A stretch of 64,000 bases of DNA, from contig NW_024704742.1 of assembly GCF_018977255.1 (NCBI RefSeq), forward strand, positions 115,942,001 through 116,006,000, written 5' to 3'. The stretch is from Callorhinchus milii (lineage: Eukaryota). Position 1 is the first letter of the stretch; every line of letters starts with the position of its first letter. The position numbers and the translations under genes are program-made. The notes under the pieces were generated by a model. That model was not told the origin of the DNA, did not search any database, and worked only from the letters and a program-made list of their open reading frames with translations. Below, one piece after another: positions 52,650 to 64,000 of this stretch.

Positions 52650-52770
52650 AAAACACACAGTCACTCTATTTTACTGTATATCCTGTGAAGCACTTAGAGC
52701 TGTCCTCCTGATGTGAAAGGCACAGTACCAAATACAAGCATTATTATTATTGTTATTATTATTATATAAT
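52650..52770 (+). mobile_element. Deu-SINE 3' fragment
   Basis: cagtcactctattttactgtatatcctgtgaagcact...(ATT)n. Confidence 0.7.
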
Positions 52771-54369
52771 ATCCAGTGATTTCTAAAGGAATTTCTGAAT
52801 TAGAAATTCAATTTCAAGTCATCTCTGATACAGAGCAGCAATTCCAAGGAACAGCATGATGTTCATGACATATGTGAAATTACCCAAAGTACTACCCACC
52901 TGGATATCATAATAATAATAATATTAATGCATCTGTATTAAGGAATCCCATTAGAAATTTGCTGTTCTTTAGATCTACAATAGACATGATGATGTTAAGA
53001 GTTAAGAGGTTAAATTGGAAAAGTGATATTGAGAAAATTGATTGAAAATGAAAAAAGATTAATTATTACTATTATCACTATAGTTAACGAAAATGTCTTC
53101 CATTAAAATGAATGGAAGAATGCCTCAGAGTGTAAAAAGTAATGTGCTTAAAAGAAATCTTCAGGTACAAATGTGAATGAAATGAAGTGTACAATGATGT
53201 TAGTAAGAGTAATAGGTACCATATTTTTTCTTAAAAGTTAGGATTGCAAAGGATTGTGAAAAATTTAAATTTAAGGAATTTCTACGTTTACATATTGTTA
53301 CATTTTAAGACAAAATAATGTTACATGCTAAGACTAAGTGGATTTTCAGGCCGAATGTTTATATTCCAGTAGGTCATTGATTATAATAATAAATAACCCT
53401 TGCATTTGATACAATGCGCACAAAGTCAATATGTCTCAAAGAACTTCACATGAAATTGCTATCAAGTATACATAGGCAAATATGGTAGCCACTTTTGCAA
53501 AGAACAAAATATGCTCTAAGGAGGACTGAACATATGTTCTTAGTTAGTTTTACATCTACTGGTAAGAGTTGGAAAGGATCCAAAGTTCAATGTTCAAGCA
53601 CTGTCAATCTGGTAATATCAACCTGAAAAGAAAACTCAGTAAAACCAATTTCAGGATATCACCAGTGTCAAATATATATTTTACATCACCTTTGTATTAA
53701 GACTACATTCAGACTAAAACCCATTCATCCTCGTCAACATAAAGTCGAATATGAACTTCTTCCTAACACATGAAGCTGTATCTGGCCCTCTGCACTACAC
53801 AGAAGTAACAACTCTGATAATATTAGAAGCTTTTGGTTATACCTGTAGAATTATTACATTTTGATTGCAGCAAATTAATGTTCCATTTGATTCTATAAAC
53901 AAGTGTTTATGAAGTGCATGCATCTAGATAAAACATATATAATTCTTAGCTCCTAAGAGCCATGTTACAATAAGAGTAGAATGCACTTGAAACATATCAC
54001 TCACTTAGCCTAGCATTTGTGCAAGCAAAAGTGAAGCTCATCTCTATATTTTTATAGTTAGTGCAGACTATGACTATTCACCTATTGGGGTGATTTATAA
54101 CCTACATTCTTTTAGCAAAAAACCCTGCAAGCCAAAGCCATAACACGTAGAGTGGCCCTAGCTGGACAAGCAGCAGGGAAGCTTGCCAGGCAGCAATATG
54201 AATGACAAGTTTCGCGGTTTTAGCTGGTTAGTCTCCAGCAGAACCTCAATGCACACTCTGGGGTCCCCAAGCTTTGGCTCTTGCCAATCTGAGCCGAATA
54301 CATTCCGGAATTAGGTGAGGAGGATGTGTCGCTCCAGGGAGACAGTGTGCATTCCTTTACAACAATCTA

Positions 54370-54478
54370 TCTCTTGGATTTCCATGTGTAGGTGGATGCA
54401 TGGAAATCTCATCTTGGTCTGGATACTGTTAAACGTGATGATGGGTTTCCGCATGTGTCAGACACCCAGCTGACCAAA
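54370..54478 (+). repeat. Unclassified dispersed repeat, copy 2
   Basis: Aligns to the reverse complement of 40489-40600. Confidence 0.8.
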
Positions 54479-55193
54479 TACAAAGTGAGTAATAAGGAAT
54501 TCACTGCATATACTGTGGATTATGCCCATACTGCCTGGAATGCACTGTTGCATATTGTGCCTTATACCATTTTCCAGTAGAAGTTTCTTGTTACAATCTT
54601 TAAGTCTTAACATTGATGTCTAGGTCTTTAACAATCAAATGAATGAATCATTTTAATATATGGTGCAAATACATTATTTCCTATGCTAGTTGGTATTAAG
54701 CCACCAAAAAAGAGTCTGGAAATATTGTGGATTGACATTCTCCAGCCTTTGCAACCAGTAATATCAAAGATACACAAAAAATGATAGCTTAAGTCACAAG
54801 AATAGGGACTCTGAAACTTTACCCTGACAATGCCCTTGATATTTCAGAAAACCCAGAGCAATACACCAGAGAAATCCCATTTCCTCCTCTGTGTTCCTGT
54901 GGCCTCAGTATAATATTTCAATGTAATATTTCAATGTAAAAATGTAAAAGTGCAAAATCCATGAGGTGGACGTATTCCCTAAGAGCTGGATGCTGAAATT
55001 CATTTTATTTATGACCGTTTTTAGCCATCAGAAAGAAGAGAGTTTCATCCACTGCTGCTCATCTAAGATGGATACAAATCACATAAACCCTAATGTACAG
55101 CTAGATTCAAACATCTGAAACTTATTTAATTTGTAATATCAGAAAGAAGGAATATTTATTCCTTGAAGGAACGCTGAGAACCAAAGTCCTCAC

Positions 55194-55267
55194 CAGACAG
55201 GTGGTCCGAGCACAATGTTTATCTTTTTTTGCCAATGAAAACCTTTCCCATGTGTCTATTGAAAATG
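55194..55267 (-). CDS. Candidate exon B (FSIDTWERFSLAKKDKHCARTTCL)
   Basis: ttgcctttttacag acceptor, CTG|gtgagg donor, only phase 1 is open. Confidence 0.3.
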
Positions 55268-55646
55268 CTGTAAAAAGGCAATATAACACAAAAGCAATTG
55301 TTAAGCACATAGCAAAATATCACAAACACGCATTGTGAATAGGAAACTTTTCCAAAATGGAAAAAAAATACAACATTAAACGACCTGGCTTAAGAATATC
55401 ATAGCTATTAAAGCTAAGTCCAAGTATGACTTGTGGCACAGGCAGTGTATTTGCTCACTAACATCGGAAAATGGTGCCTATTACTTAGTTAATTGGATCC
55501 AACCCTAGCTTGCCTGCACAATTCGTCCACTGGTAGTAAACATTCAGCATTGTGTTAAACCCAAATCATCAGTAAAATGGGCTATTAAAACAATAACAAA
55601 ATCATATTTTCCACTTCCAAGCAAGCCTTTATTAAAAATTACTGAC

Positions 55647-55835
55647 ACATGCAAAACAGAACTCCAGGATTAACTAAGGTGGATCTAATGTTAGATCCTA
55701 GAGATGAAATTGCAGTATCCTGTTGATTGTTTCGGCCAAGATTGGTTATCGAACATCTTTCTGTATGAAGTATTACGGTAACAGATTCATGAAGAATTCC
55801 AATAAATACGATATCCACTACTGTATGTACTCTAC
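55647..55835 (-). CDS. Candidate exon A (RVHTVVDIVFIG...NPGVLFCM)
   Basis: gtatttcag acceptor, T|gtcagt donor (weak), 189 nt open, phase 1-1. Confidence 0.22.
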
Positions 55836-57062
55836 CTGAAATACTGGGCACACATACATCATAAGATTCAAGATTAATGCACAATTCATAGTAAACAAAA
55901 GTAACTCTATAGAAGGAATGAGTTGACAATAAATAAACTCCCACCACACCCTCCGCCCGCACCCCTCCATAACAGCCCTACCCCAAATAATTTGATCAAT
56001 TCGTATTGGGTTAAGCTGGTTTAGGATGCCCTTGCTAAGTTGAAAAGTTATAAAAATGCTTGCCTCAGCAGAATATTATACACAAACACAAAAATGGTAA
56101 AACAAATGATTAAGGTCATAATGTAGAATCATGAGAATAAGATTAAACAGGAAAATATGAATTGAATTAGAAACCATTCTGAGAAAGACTGTTCCCTTTT
56201 TGTGTTGTGTAAACAAAACGAAAGTATGAATCTTTGCATATTGTCTGCATTCTTTGCTAATTGAGAGTCTAGATGTGCACAGACGCTTCCATTCTCCGAC
56301 TGCAACAACACTCCACTCCACAGTCTTCAATTTACCCTACGGCTGATTAAATTACTAAGGTCTGCTTATGATTTTCTGTTGTGTCAGATTCTGTCCTACA
56401 TGGAATCCCAACCACATAGTACAGAGGCGGCACTAATGAAAACCAGGAAGTCCCATCTCTTTTGTGAAAAAACAGCCCGGCTAACTCTGACCAGTACCAC
56501 ATATGAAATGGATAGCTATAGAAACAAGAATATCAGCCCATCTAATTAGATTAAATAAACATTGGATTATTAATAATCAAGCAGTGTAATACATTAACAA
56601 ACTGGCTGGGCCTGGAGCTGAGTAGACATGTGGACATGTACACATGTATGCATGAGCAGAGAATAAAAAGAATTTTGAGTAGAACACAGAGAAAAGAATA
56701 TGTTAGGGAATTTTTAAAAAATTTGTTGTAACACAATGAAATGACCTGAATGATAGCTCTAACATAGACACTCAAGTTCAGACAAATGTACTATTGTTTG
56801 TTTTAAGAATACATGCAAGGTGTTTTTCAACATATAATATCTGCTAATTTTTATTACTGATATGAAATGTTTGTAATCTGAAATTAAATTTGAAATAAGA
56901 TAAAGCCTTGATTTTTTTTATTGCTGTTTTGATTTTTTTTAATAATACTCTAATTTTCTTTTTTCTTAAAGTTGGTGTGCCTAAAATTTTCTCTCTATTT
57001 GTATATATCTCTGCTTCTGGTTCCCAGCCTCCTCATAATGGGGTGCAGTTTCCCCTCCAGTA

Positions 57063-57960
57063 CAACATCAACAACAAAAACAAATTGTATTTATATAGCA
57101 CATTTCACATTGGGAGGACGTCCCAAGACACTGGACAGTCAGGGTTTTCACTCAAGGTGGGGGGTGGATTCAGGAGAGTTGGATGGGTGTGGAAAGATAA
57201 GCATTCAGTGGGCTCTGGCCTGCTCCATGTTTCCCGCCCGACCCGCTCTACCATCGGTGGCCGGGCTTTCAGCCTCTCTGCCCCCACACTCTGGAACTCC
57301 ATCCCACGGTCCCTTCGCCTCGCTTCCTCCCTTCCCTCCTTCAAGGCTGGTCTCAAGACCCTTCTCTTCGACCGTGCCTTCGGTCGCCCTCCCACCTCTC
57401 TGCCTTCCCTCACCCCTACACCAACCCTCCCCCATGCTCGGGCCCCAACACCTGACTGTTCAACGCTTAGGGACGTCCTCCCGACGTGAAAGGCGTTCCA
57501 TAAATGTAATTTTGTTGTTGTTGTTGTCAAAGAGAAAGATCTTGAGATGGACCTTGAAGGAGGTGAGGGAAGGGCTGAGGTGAAGGGACTCCAGGATCGA
57601 GTTCCAGATAGAGGGGCAGAAATGCTGAAGGCCTGATTGCTGATGATGAGGCAGGCAGGAGGGGTAAGTGAAGCAGGTCAGTGCCTGCAAGGCAGAGGAA
57701 GTGGGCCAGTTGTTAAGGTTTTAGAAGGGCAAAGATGTAGAATGGGCAAGACCATGGAGGGATTTAAAAGTGAGGATGAGGATATTGAACTCGATCCTCT
57801 GGGGGATAGGGAACCAATGGAAGCTGGCAAGGATGGGGTCATGAGGGCACAAGATGAGAAGTTCTGAATGGTGTACAGTTTGTGGAGGGAAGAGTTGGAA
57901 ACTCAGACAAGCAGAGAATTGGTGTAATCAAATACGGATATGATAAAAGCATGGATACCC
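57063..57960 (-). mobile_element. Older L2 LINE 3' region (interrupted at ~57206-57527)
   Basis: Minus frames read IHAFIISVFDYTNSLL...FKVHLKIFLFD; tail with (TTG)-like repeats at 57063-57085. Confidence 0.88.
57206..57527 (+). mobile_element. Young L2 LINE 3' end (ORF2 C-terminus)
   Basis: SGLLHVSRPTRSTIGGRAFSLSAPTLWNSIPRSLRLASSLPSFKAGLKTLLFDRAF, CpGs intact, (TTG)n tail. Confidence 0.93.
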
Positions 57961-58290
57961 ATGCTATCCCACGCAATATGCCACCCAAGTAGATATTGTT
58001 CAGCATGAGTATAGACAGGCCATTCAACTGTAGACAGCATCATAGCTGAGCCTCCCTTCTCTTCACCCAGCTGCCACATCCACACACCACACACACATTG
58101 CTAATAGACTGGGCTGAGGAAGGATTGGAAACTTTGCTGGTTTTACAATCCCTCTCTCTGGAAAGGCTGGGACCAATTTAACCTCCCCATGCAGCCCCAT
58201 GTGAGACCAGTAAACTCAACACAGACCAGGATTCGAACCAGCGAGCTCCTGCTCTGTAAAGCTGCGATTCTATCCACTGCACCAGGGGCT
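57950..58290 (-). mobile_element. Older tRNA-headed SINE (AmnSINE2-like, tentative)
   Basis: Minus-strand head ggtgcagtggatag...ggttcgaatcctggtctgtgttgagtt (B box), body as at 48390. Confidence 0.6.
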
Positions 58291-58869
58291 GCAACAATTT
58301 TTTGATGTTTTTTAATGCAATTCCCATTCCTATTGAGTACTTAGGAAAGCAGTACCCATGAGTCGGCATGCCATGTTTTCAGGTATCTCCTTTTTACAAG
58401 GCTTATTAAGAAATCCTTTTAAGAAACAGCACGATTGAGGCCACATTATTTTAACTAGTAATTTGGAAACTTAATCATTTGGATAATGTAGCAATTGGTT
58501 AAAACCTATCCACAGTGTCAGAGGAAGGCCACTGACCTGGGTCCAGCCTATCCTGATTATTACAGAATTGCTGTGTGAATTTGGAGAGATTTAAACAGTC
58601 TGTGCAGAATCTGCACTTAATTCAGAGCAAAATTAATTTTTTTTTGGTTTGAAATGGAATAATGAAGCAAAAATCCAGTTCAGTTTGTTAAGGTACCACT
58701 GGTGTGTTGTTGAGTCACACAGGTCAGGAAGATTAAAAGTTCCCTCCCTACTGCTTTGTGGTGGCTAATCACAACCAGAATGGAAGTCGCTCAGTGAATC
58801 CTATCTGGGGAAGCGGAAAAAAGTCAGCCAGAGTTCTCACACGTGACTGCTTTACAGTATCCTCTCCCC

Positions 58870-59025
58870 CTCCACTGAAGTGTTGTTTTTTTGTGTATAT
58901 GTTAGCTTGTGTATGTAGCTATTTTGTGCATGTGTGTTTATATGTGTGTATAGTTGTGTTCATGTTTTGTGTGTGCGTTTGCTTTTGTGTATATGAGTGT
59001 GCGTGTATTTATGTTTGTGTGTTTG
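58870..59025. repeat. Degenerate (TG)-rich repeat
   Basis: Direct reading. Confidence 0.8.
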
Positions 59026-60089
59026 GATAATTAAATCTCAGAAATGAAAGTCATGCTCTTTGCCGCCTCCACACCCCCTCCCCCCCACCCAAAGGTCCAA
59101 CCCTGTGCCAAAATTCATTGCCTAGGCTCACTCAAGATAATATAAACTGCTTGTGGAACTGCACCCAGACGAGGAAGGGGAGGGAGGCTAATTTAAAATA
59201 ATCTATTAGGGTGGGTCTGAAAAACAATAATGAACTTTGTACAGAACCAAAATATTCTCTTACATACCTAATGTGGAACAAAATGTGGAGTACCTGAACA
59301 AAAATGTATACCCACACAAGGTTCAGGATATAGAATGATCAAAATCAATAGAAAATTAATTTGTGTGAAGTAACTCTACTTTTGCTGGAACTTATTTTCA
59401 AATGCTAGTTTTCAATAAACTGAGAAGGATTCAACTCTGAAATCCACACTAGAACCCAATGTTTTAGGAAAGCAAATTTGGCTGAAGGAACAATAATATA
59501 GAATACTGTATCCAGTGCCAATGTCTAGTAGGTGGAGCAAAGTGAAATTGCTACTAGGAATGTGGAGTGCTTCATGTAATGTGTAGTTCTCAAGAGGCAA
59601 CTTGTCAGCCCAAGGATCATCGAGAAGATTAATGGATTCAGCCTTCAGTCTCATCCTTTGCTCTTGCAACTTATCCTCGTTTGGCAAGACAGTGCACACA
59701 TATGTCTATTATTGCTTAACTCCTGCCCATAAAACACTTTGAACTAGTTTCAGCCCCTAAGTCCACCTCACTTAAGAAATACTGCATTGTCAAATGTTTG
59801 CACATTTTGCAATTGGAACTCTGAAGCTCTGTTAACAGTGAGGAATACAATAAAAGCTTCACCGGTGCTCTGACAATATTTCCTCATAAACCAAGTTGAT
59901 TCTGCTCAAAGTAATATGCTAAACAGATGAAAAATTGCCTAAAGAAAACAAACCTCAGAAAATCACTCACATTAATGGCTTAAGAGCTTCATTATAACCA
60001 GGATTCTTCATTTTAGTGCTTCTTTTTAATTTCCCAGAAATCGTTTCTTTTAATTAAATCCAGGGAACATCAGGGGCCAAGTTCCGCAA

Positions 60090-60255
60090 TTACCCAGTTG
60101 GTAAACGCACTTCCCAATTTGAGCTATACACACCCAGAAGTGCACAGCTTCAAATCCTGTTGATCTGTGCAGAGTTAACTGATCTTAGCCAGGACATCAA
60201 TGGAGCTCCACAATTGGCTTCAGTGTCCCTGGGCTAGGGAGGTATAAAGTAGCCT
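60090..60255 (+). mobile_element. Older tRNA-headed SINE 5' part (AmnSINE2-like, tentative)
   Basis: tctgtgcagagttaactgatcttagcc...caattggcttcagtgtccctgggctagggagg. Confidence 0.6.
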
Positions 60256-60336
60256 ATGGAACCATATACCAGCATGAACCAAATAACAAGAGCGGAAAGG
60301 TAGGGTGAAAGAAAATCAGGGGCCAAAATAAGAACA

Positions 60337-60740
60337 GGAGTCCCATAGTACCATGGCAGTTAGCGTGCACACTTTGCAAATGAGAGGACCTGAGTTCAAT
60401 TCCTGGGTGGGGCAAAACTTTGGCAGATTTCCTTATTCCACACACCTCTGTTTACCTAGCAGTAAGTAGGAACCAGCTATGAGTCAATTAGTGGATCACT
60501 TTCTGGGGGGTAATAATCCCTTCCAAAAAAAATATTTGATCACTCAAACCACTACTGTTTGTGGGACATTGCTGTGTGCAATTGGCTGCCATGTTTTGCC
60601 CACAAAATACACAGTCAATCTACTTTACAACATATTCCATGAACTGCTTTAAGATGATTCAGCAACTTGATAGGGCTCTATATCAAAATGCAAGGATTAT
60701 TGTGAAATGCAAGGATTATTATAAAATGCAAAGATTATAG
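60337..60740 (+). mobile_element. Longer, more diverged variant of the young Deu-SINE
   Basis: Same head and Deu/tail, plus an extra ~63 bp (60448-60510) and a triplicated aaatgcaaggattat end. Confidence 0.9.
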
Positions 60741-61786
60741 GCAGGGAAATTTCAATGAGACACAAATGCAGAATTATTCAATCACTTATTCACTTTTATT
60801 GGGGTGACATGTTTCTTTATTTTAAAATACTTTTTTTTCTATTTTTAGTTTATTTAGGTTGTACAGATTCTTTTGATAGTGCACTGGACAGGAGGTGAGA
60901 AGTAAATGTTACAGACTATAACATCTCCACATGAGGCTGAAAGAGACACACAGAGCCAAAACCCTGGAGACTCACAGAAATTAAAAGCTTTCAGGAGATT
61001 GTGTAGATAGCAGAGTATCAGCTTTTGAGAAAAAAAAGGTTAAAAAATGGAAATAATTTCTAAATCCAGTTTATCAGTGAAAAACTGAAAATAAAGGCTT
61101 AAGTATAATTCTGCAACACACTACATTCAAACAAAGTTATTTGTTACAGTGCTGGTAGAAAAAAGCATCTACATATCTGCCCACAAAGAGGCACTATAAC
61201 AGGTTGATCCACTTTACTAAGGAAATGGAGCTGGTCAAAGTAACCCATACAATGTGTGGTTTAGCTAATGAGGTACCCTATGGGAGTTACATAGGTTTAG
61301 TTTCCTCGCAAGTAGAGAGAAGAAAATCAGTGGTGGGAAACACGGCCACCTCAAAGATTGCACACACATTGCTCCCATTTGTTTGAAGCAAGGTCATCCT
61401 ATAATATGAGGATTACTAAACGTGAACTGTTTTGAATTGTCCATTTATTCCCACACATAGCATTATGGTAAAACTGTTACATACATAATACTCCCTGTGG
61501 CTGATCATATAACATATTGATGTTGTACTCTTCATCCAGAATCAGTTTACAATTACAATTCAACCATTTGAACTGAAATCAGAACTTTTTCCTTACGCCT
61601 GTGTGTTCCTTGTACATTTGACTGCCTTGACACATAGAATACATTAATGCCTACTGCAGGCACATTGCTTGTTGTTCCCACAGCCTGAACTACAAGTGTA
61701 TGCCACCCACCACCTTGACGTTCAATATGGCTGGTGCTATTTCATCTTGACTGTACTTGAAGAAAGTAATCTTGAACCACAGAACC

Positions 61787-62097
61787 ATAATAATAATAAT
61801 AATCCTTGCATTTGATATAGCGCTTTTCACGTCGGGAGGACGTCCCAAAGCGCTTCACAGAACACACTGTAAAGTGAATTGACTGTATATTTGTGGGCGA
61901 ATGCGGCAGCCAATTGCGCACAGCAATGTCCCACAAACATTCAAAATGACCAATTTATTATTGTTTTGTTTTTTTGGAGGGATTATTATTGGGCGTATGG
62001 AGTAAGGAAACTTGCCCAAGGTTTCGCCCTGCCGGGAATCGAACCCAGATCTCTCACTTGCAAAGCGAGTGCTCTAACCACTGAGCTACAGGACTCC
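61787..62097 (-). mobile_element. Young full-length tRNA-derived Deu-SINE
   Basis: B box gggttcgattcc; same family as 44887. Confidence 0.95.
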
Positions 62098-62959
62098 AAA
62101 GAAATCTACATAGAAATTCAGCACAGAAGCCAATTTGCCCATCGTGTCTAGGCTGCTGCTTTGAAAAGCCAATCCACTGAGTCCCATAAATTGTAAAATT
62201 AAACCTGCTTTTAACAATGTAATGAATTTATAATGGTACTTAGGGTTATTTTAGATTTTAAAATATATGTAATTATAGAATGTTATGAACCAAATAAGTT
62301 GTGTCACTCATATAATATTCAACCTCTATAATCTTAGGAATGTGGTTGCTTTTGCAACTGTAGAAGTCAGTTGAATTATAAGGTTGAAATGATACTATAA
62401 TTTTCAAGGCAAGGGAAAGAACAAAATACAGTTTTAACAATACTGTTTACATTGCGGCACAGTGTGCAAAGCGTTGGTGCCCTGTTCATGGACTCAAACA
62501 GACATAATTTGAAGGGGCAACACGCAGCTGCACCAAATGGAGGCCTAGCTGACACTAAAGAGGGAAATTATCTTGAGTGAAACTCTGCTTGCTAGTCAGC
62601 ATCTCTTACCACTTCCAGAGCCATACAAGTCAGCGTATAGAGTGTAGAGCATAGAATGTAGAACCTGAACTAATTCCAGAGGGAGAAAAGGATAAATCCA
62701 TTAAAACAAACAACTTCCATTAAAAATAATATTAACTTCATTTGAACCTGCTGTTGAGGACTGTCAGTACTCCACTGTCACATGATATTCAACAGGCCTA
62801 ACTCTAACTTATGTCTAGATGACCTCCAGTTGTACTGGATATCAGCTCCTCGTATCAATAAAAATCTTGAAGGCAAGATCTTGGGTTTGGAGGACTTTGC
62901 GAAAATAGTTAGAATTTACACGTTACACGTATTAGTCAAATGATGAACAATTAATTACC

Positions 62960-63390
62960 TGTGCATGAAACAGGAAATTTGATTGAGAGATCTCTGTTTT
63001 ATTCTGTTATTTCTGTCAAATATATAATAGAGACAGCTCACATAGGCATTATATCCGTATATCCCGGTTTCTTTACATTTGAAATTATGGCTTCAGAGGT
63101 GGTCTCATACTTAACATCCCATCATCTAATGGCTGAATTTCTCTTTTGCAGTCAACAATGACCCTTGGCTTTTTCATTCCTCAGACATCCCACAGGCACT
63201 TCCTCTGCTTATTCACTGTATGTGATGGTGATGAGACGTTTGTCATTTTTATCACTGAATTTGATGCTCAACAGCTGGTCACTGGTGTAGCACAAATGCT
63301 GTATTTTTTCAGGGTCTCACTTATTGGCTACTGTCTATCTGCATATAACCTCTCATTTGGCTGAAATAGGCCCACGAAAGTCTAATCATA
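62960..63390 (-). pseudogene. Decayed piggyBac-family transposase fragment
   Basis: Collinear motifs across frameshifts: CYTSDQLLSIKFSDKNDKRLIT, KKPRVIVDCKREIQPLD, YNAYV; in-frame stops. Confidence 0.65.
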
Positions 63391-63469
63391 AAATTGTTGC
63401 AACTGTTTTGTGCATCCAACAGTAGCAATGTAACTACTTTAAAAACCTTCATGATGTTTCTTTTCCCAG

Positions 63470-63790
63470 ATGGTTTGGTGACTCAATTCAGTGAGCTGAC
63501 CAGGTCATATAAATTGTGTGGTGCTGGATTTGAATCTTGGTCTGCGCTGAACCAGACAAGGCAGCAGCAGAGTTGCGCAAAAATGAGACAAAGTTTCTGC
63601 TCCTGATCACTGTCCAGTGACCCGTGCTGGGTGTGCCCATGTGTGGTTATTGGGTGAGGACAGAATTTGGGTCAGCTGGGATCCACTCTGCGGTCAAATG
63701 ACCTGCCAACACTCATGGTCAAAGCACTTCACAAGATTCTACTGTGAAAATGAGCAGTATTTTATCAGCAGTATACCAGGCAGGGACCCA
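63470..63790 (+). mobile_element. Older tRNA-headed SINE (AmnSINE2-like, tentative)
   Basis: tgaatcttggtctgcgctga...ctgctcctgatcactgtccagtgacccgtgctgg...gggtgaggacagaa...cctgccaacactca. Confidence 0.65.
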
Positions 63791-63796
63791 TTACTT

Positions 63797-64000
63797 TAAA
63801 ACAAAAACAGAAGTCGATGGGAACACTCAGCAGGTCAGGCAGCATCTATGGAGAAAGGAAAGTGAGTCAACATTTCGGGTCCACAACCCTTCGTTAGAAT
63901 TGGGGCATTTGGGAGGGAGAGGCTTTTAAGGGCTAACAGAGAGGGGGGAAGGCAAGGCAAGGAAGACAAAGGAGAAAAAGGGGTAGAGGACAGGGGATAA
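63797..64000. mobile_element. Penelope-like element terminus (runs off window)
   Basis: aaaaacagaa...ggaacactcagcaggtcaggcagcatctatggaga...acatttcgggtc...acccttc resembles chondrichthyan Penelope termini as I recall them. Confidence 0.5.

Noticed and set aside
56908..57867. Cluster of 76-203 aa ORFs
   Set aside because: Nested L2 fragments, not a cellular gene
59412..59699. 95-aa protein-like minus ORF (LLDDPWADKLPLENY)
   Set aside because: Weak acceptor, no convincing donor, no recognised homology
1..64000. CRISPR arrays, operons, prokaryotic or phage systems
   Set aside because: Sequence is vertebrate; recurrent motifs are dispersed SINE/LINE tails, not regularly spaced repeats

Overview
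AT-rich, essentially non-coding vertebrate genomic DNA. The repeat content points to a cartilaginous fish, most likely a chimaera such as the elephant shark (inference). That content comprises a young tRNA-headed Deu-domain SINE with an L2-type 3' tail and (ATT)n end, older SacSINE1-like SINEs, L2 and CR1 3' ends, and Penelope-like termini. I recognise no cellular protein-coding gene, tRNA, rRNA or known miRNA; most listed ORFs are repeat-derived or chance. The window is compositionally patchy: CpG-retaining, repeat-poor, motif-rich stretches (~5-15 kb, ~24.5-39.3 kb) alternate with CpG-depleted, transposon-dense stretches (~16-24 kb, ~39.3-64 kb). Best-supported discoveries: (1) a 365-bp LTR with a perfect tRNA-Arg primer-binding site and truncated internal region (20917-~21900); (2) a decayed piggyBac transposase fragment (~62960-63390); (3) a 95-bp inverted duplication (16306-16400 / 17056-17150); (4) a pre-miRNA-sized hairpin inside a longer palindrome (20711-20872); (5) a SINE variant with an extra central domain (60337-60740); (6) head-to-head and nested LINE insertions. 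A phase-compatible chain of four minus-strand candidate exons (55835-49727) is reported with low confidence. No convincing novel multi-gene system is visible.
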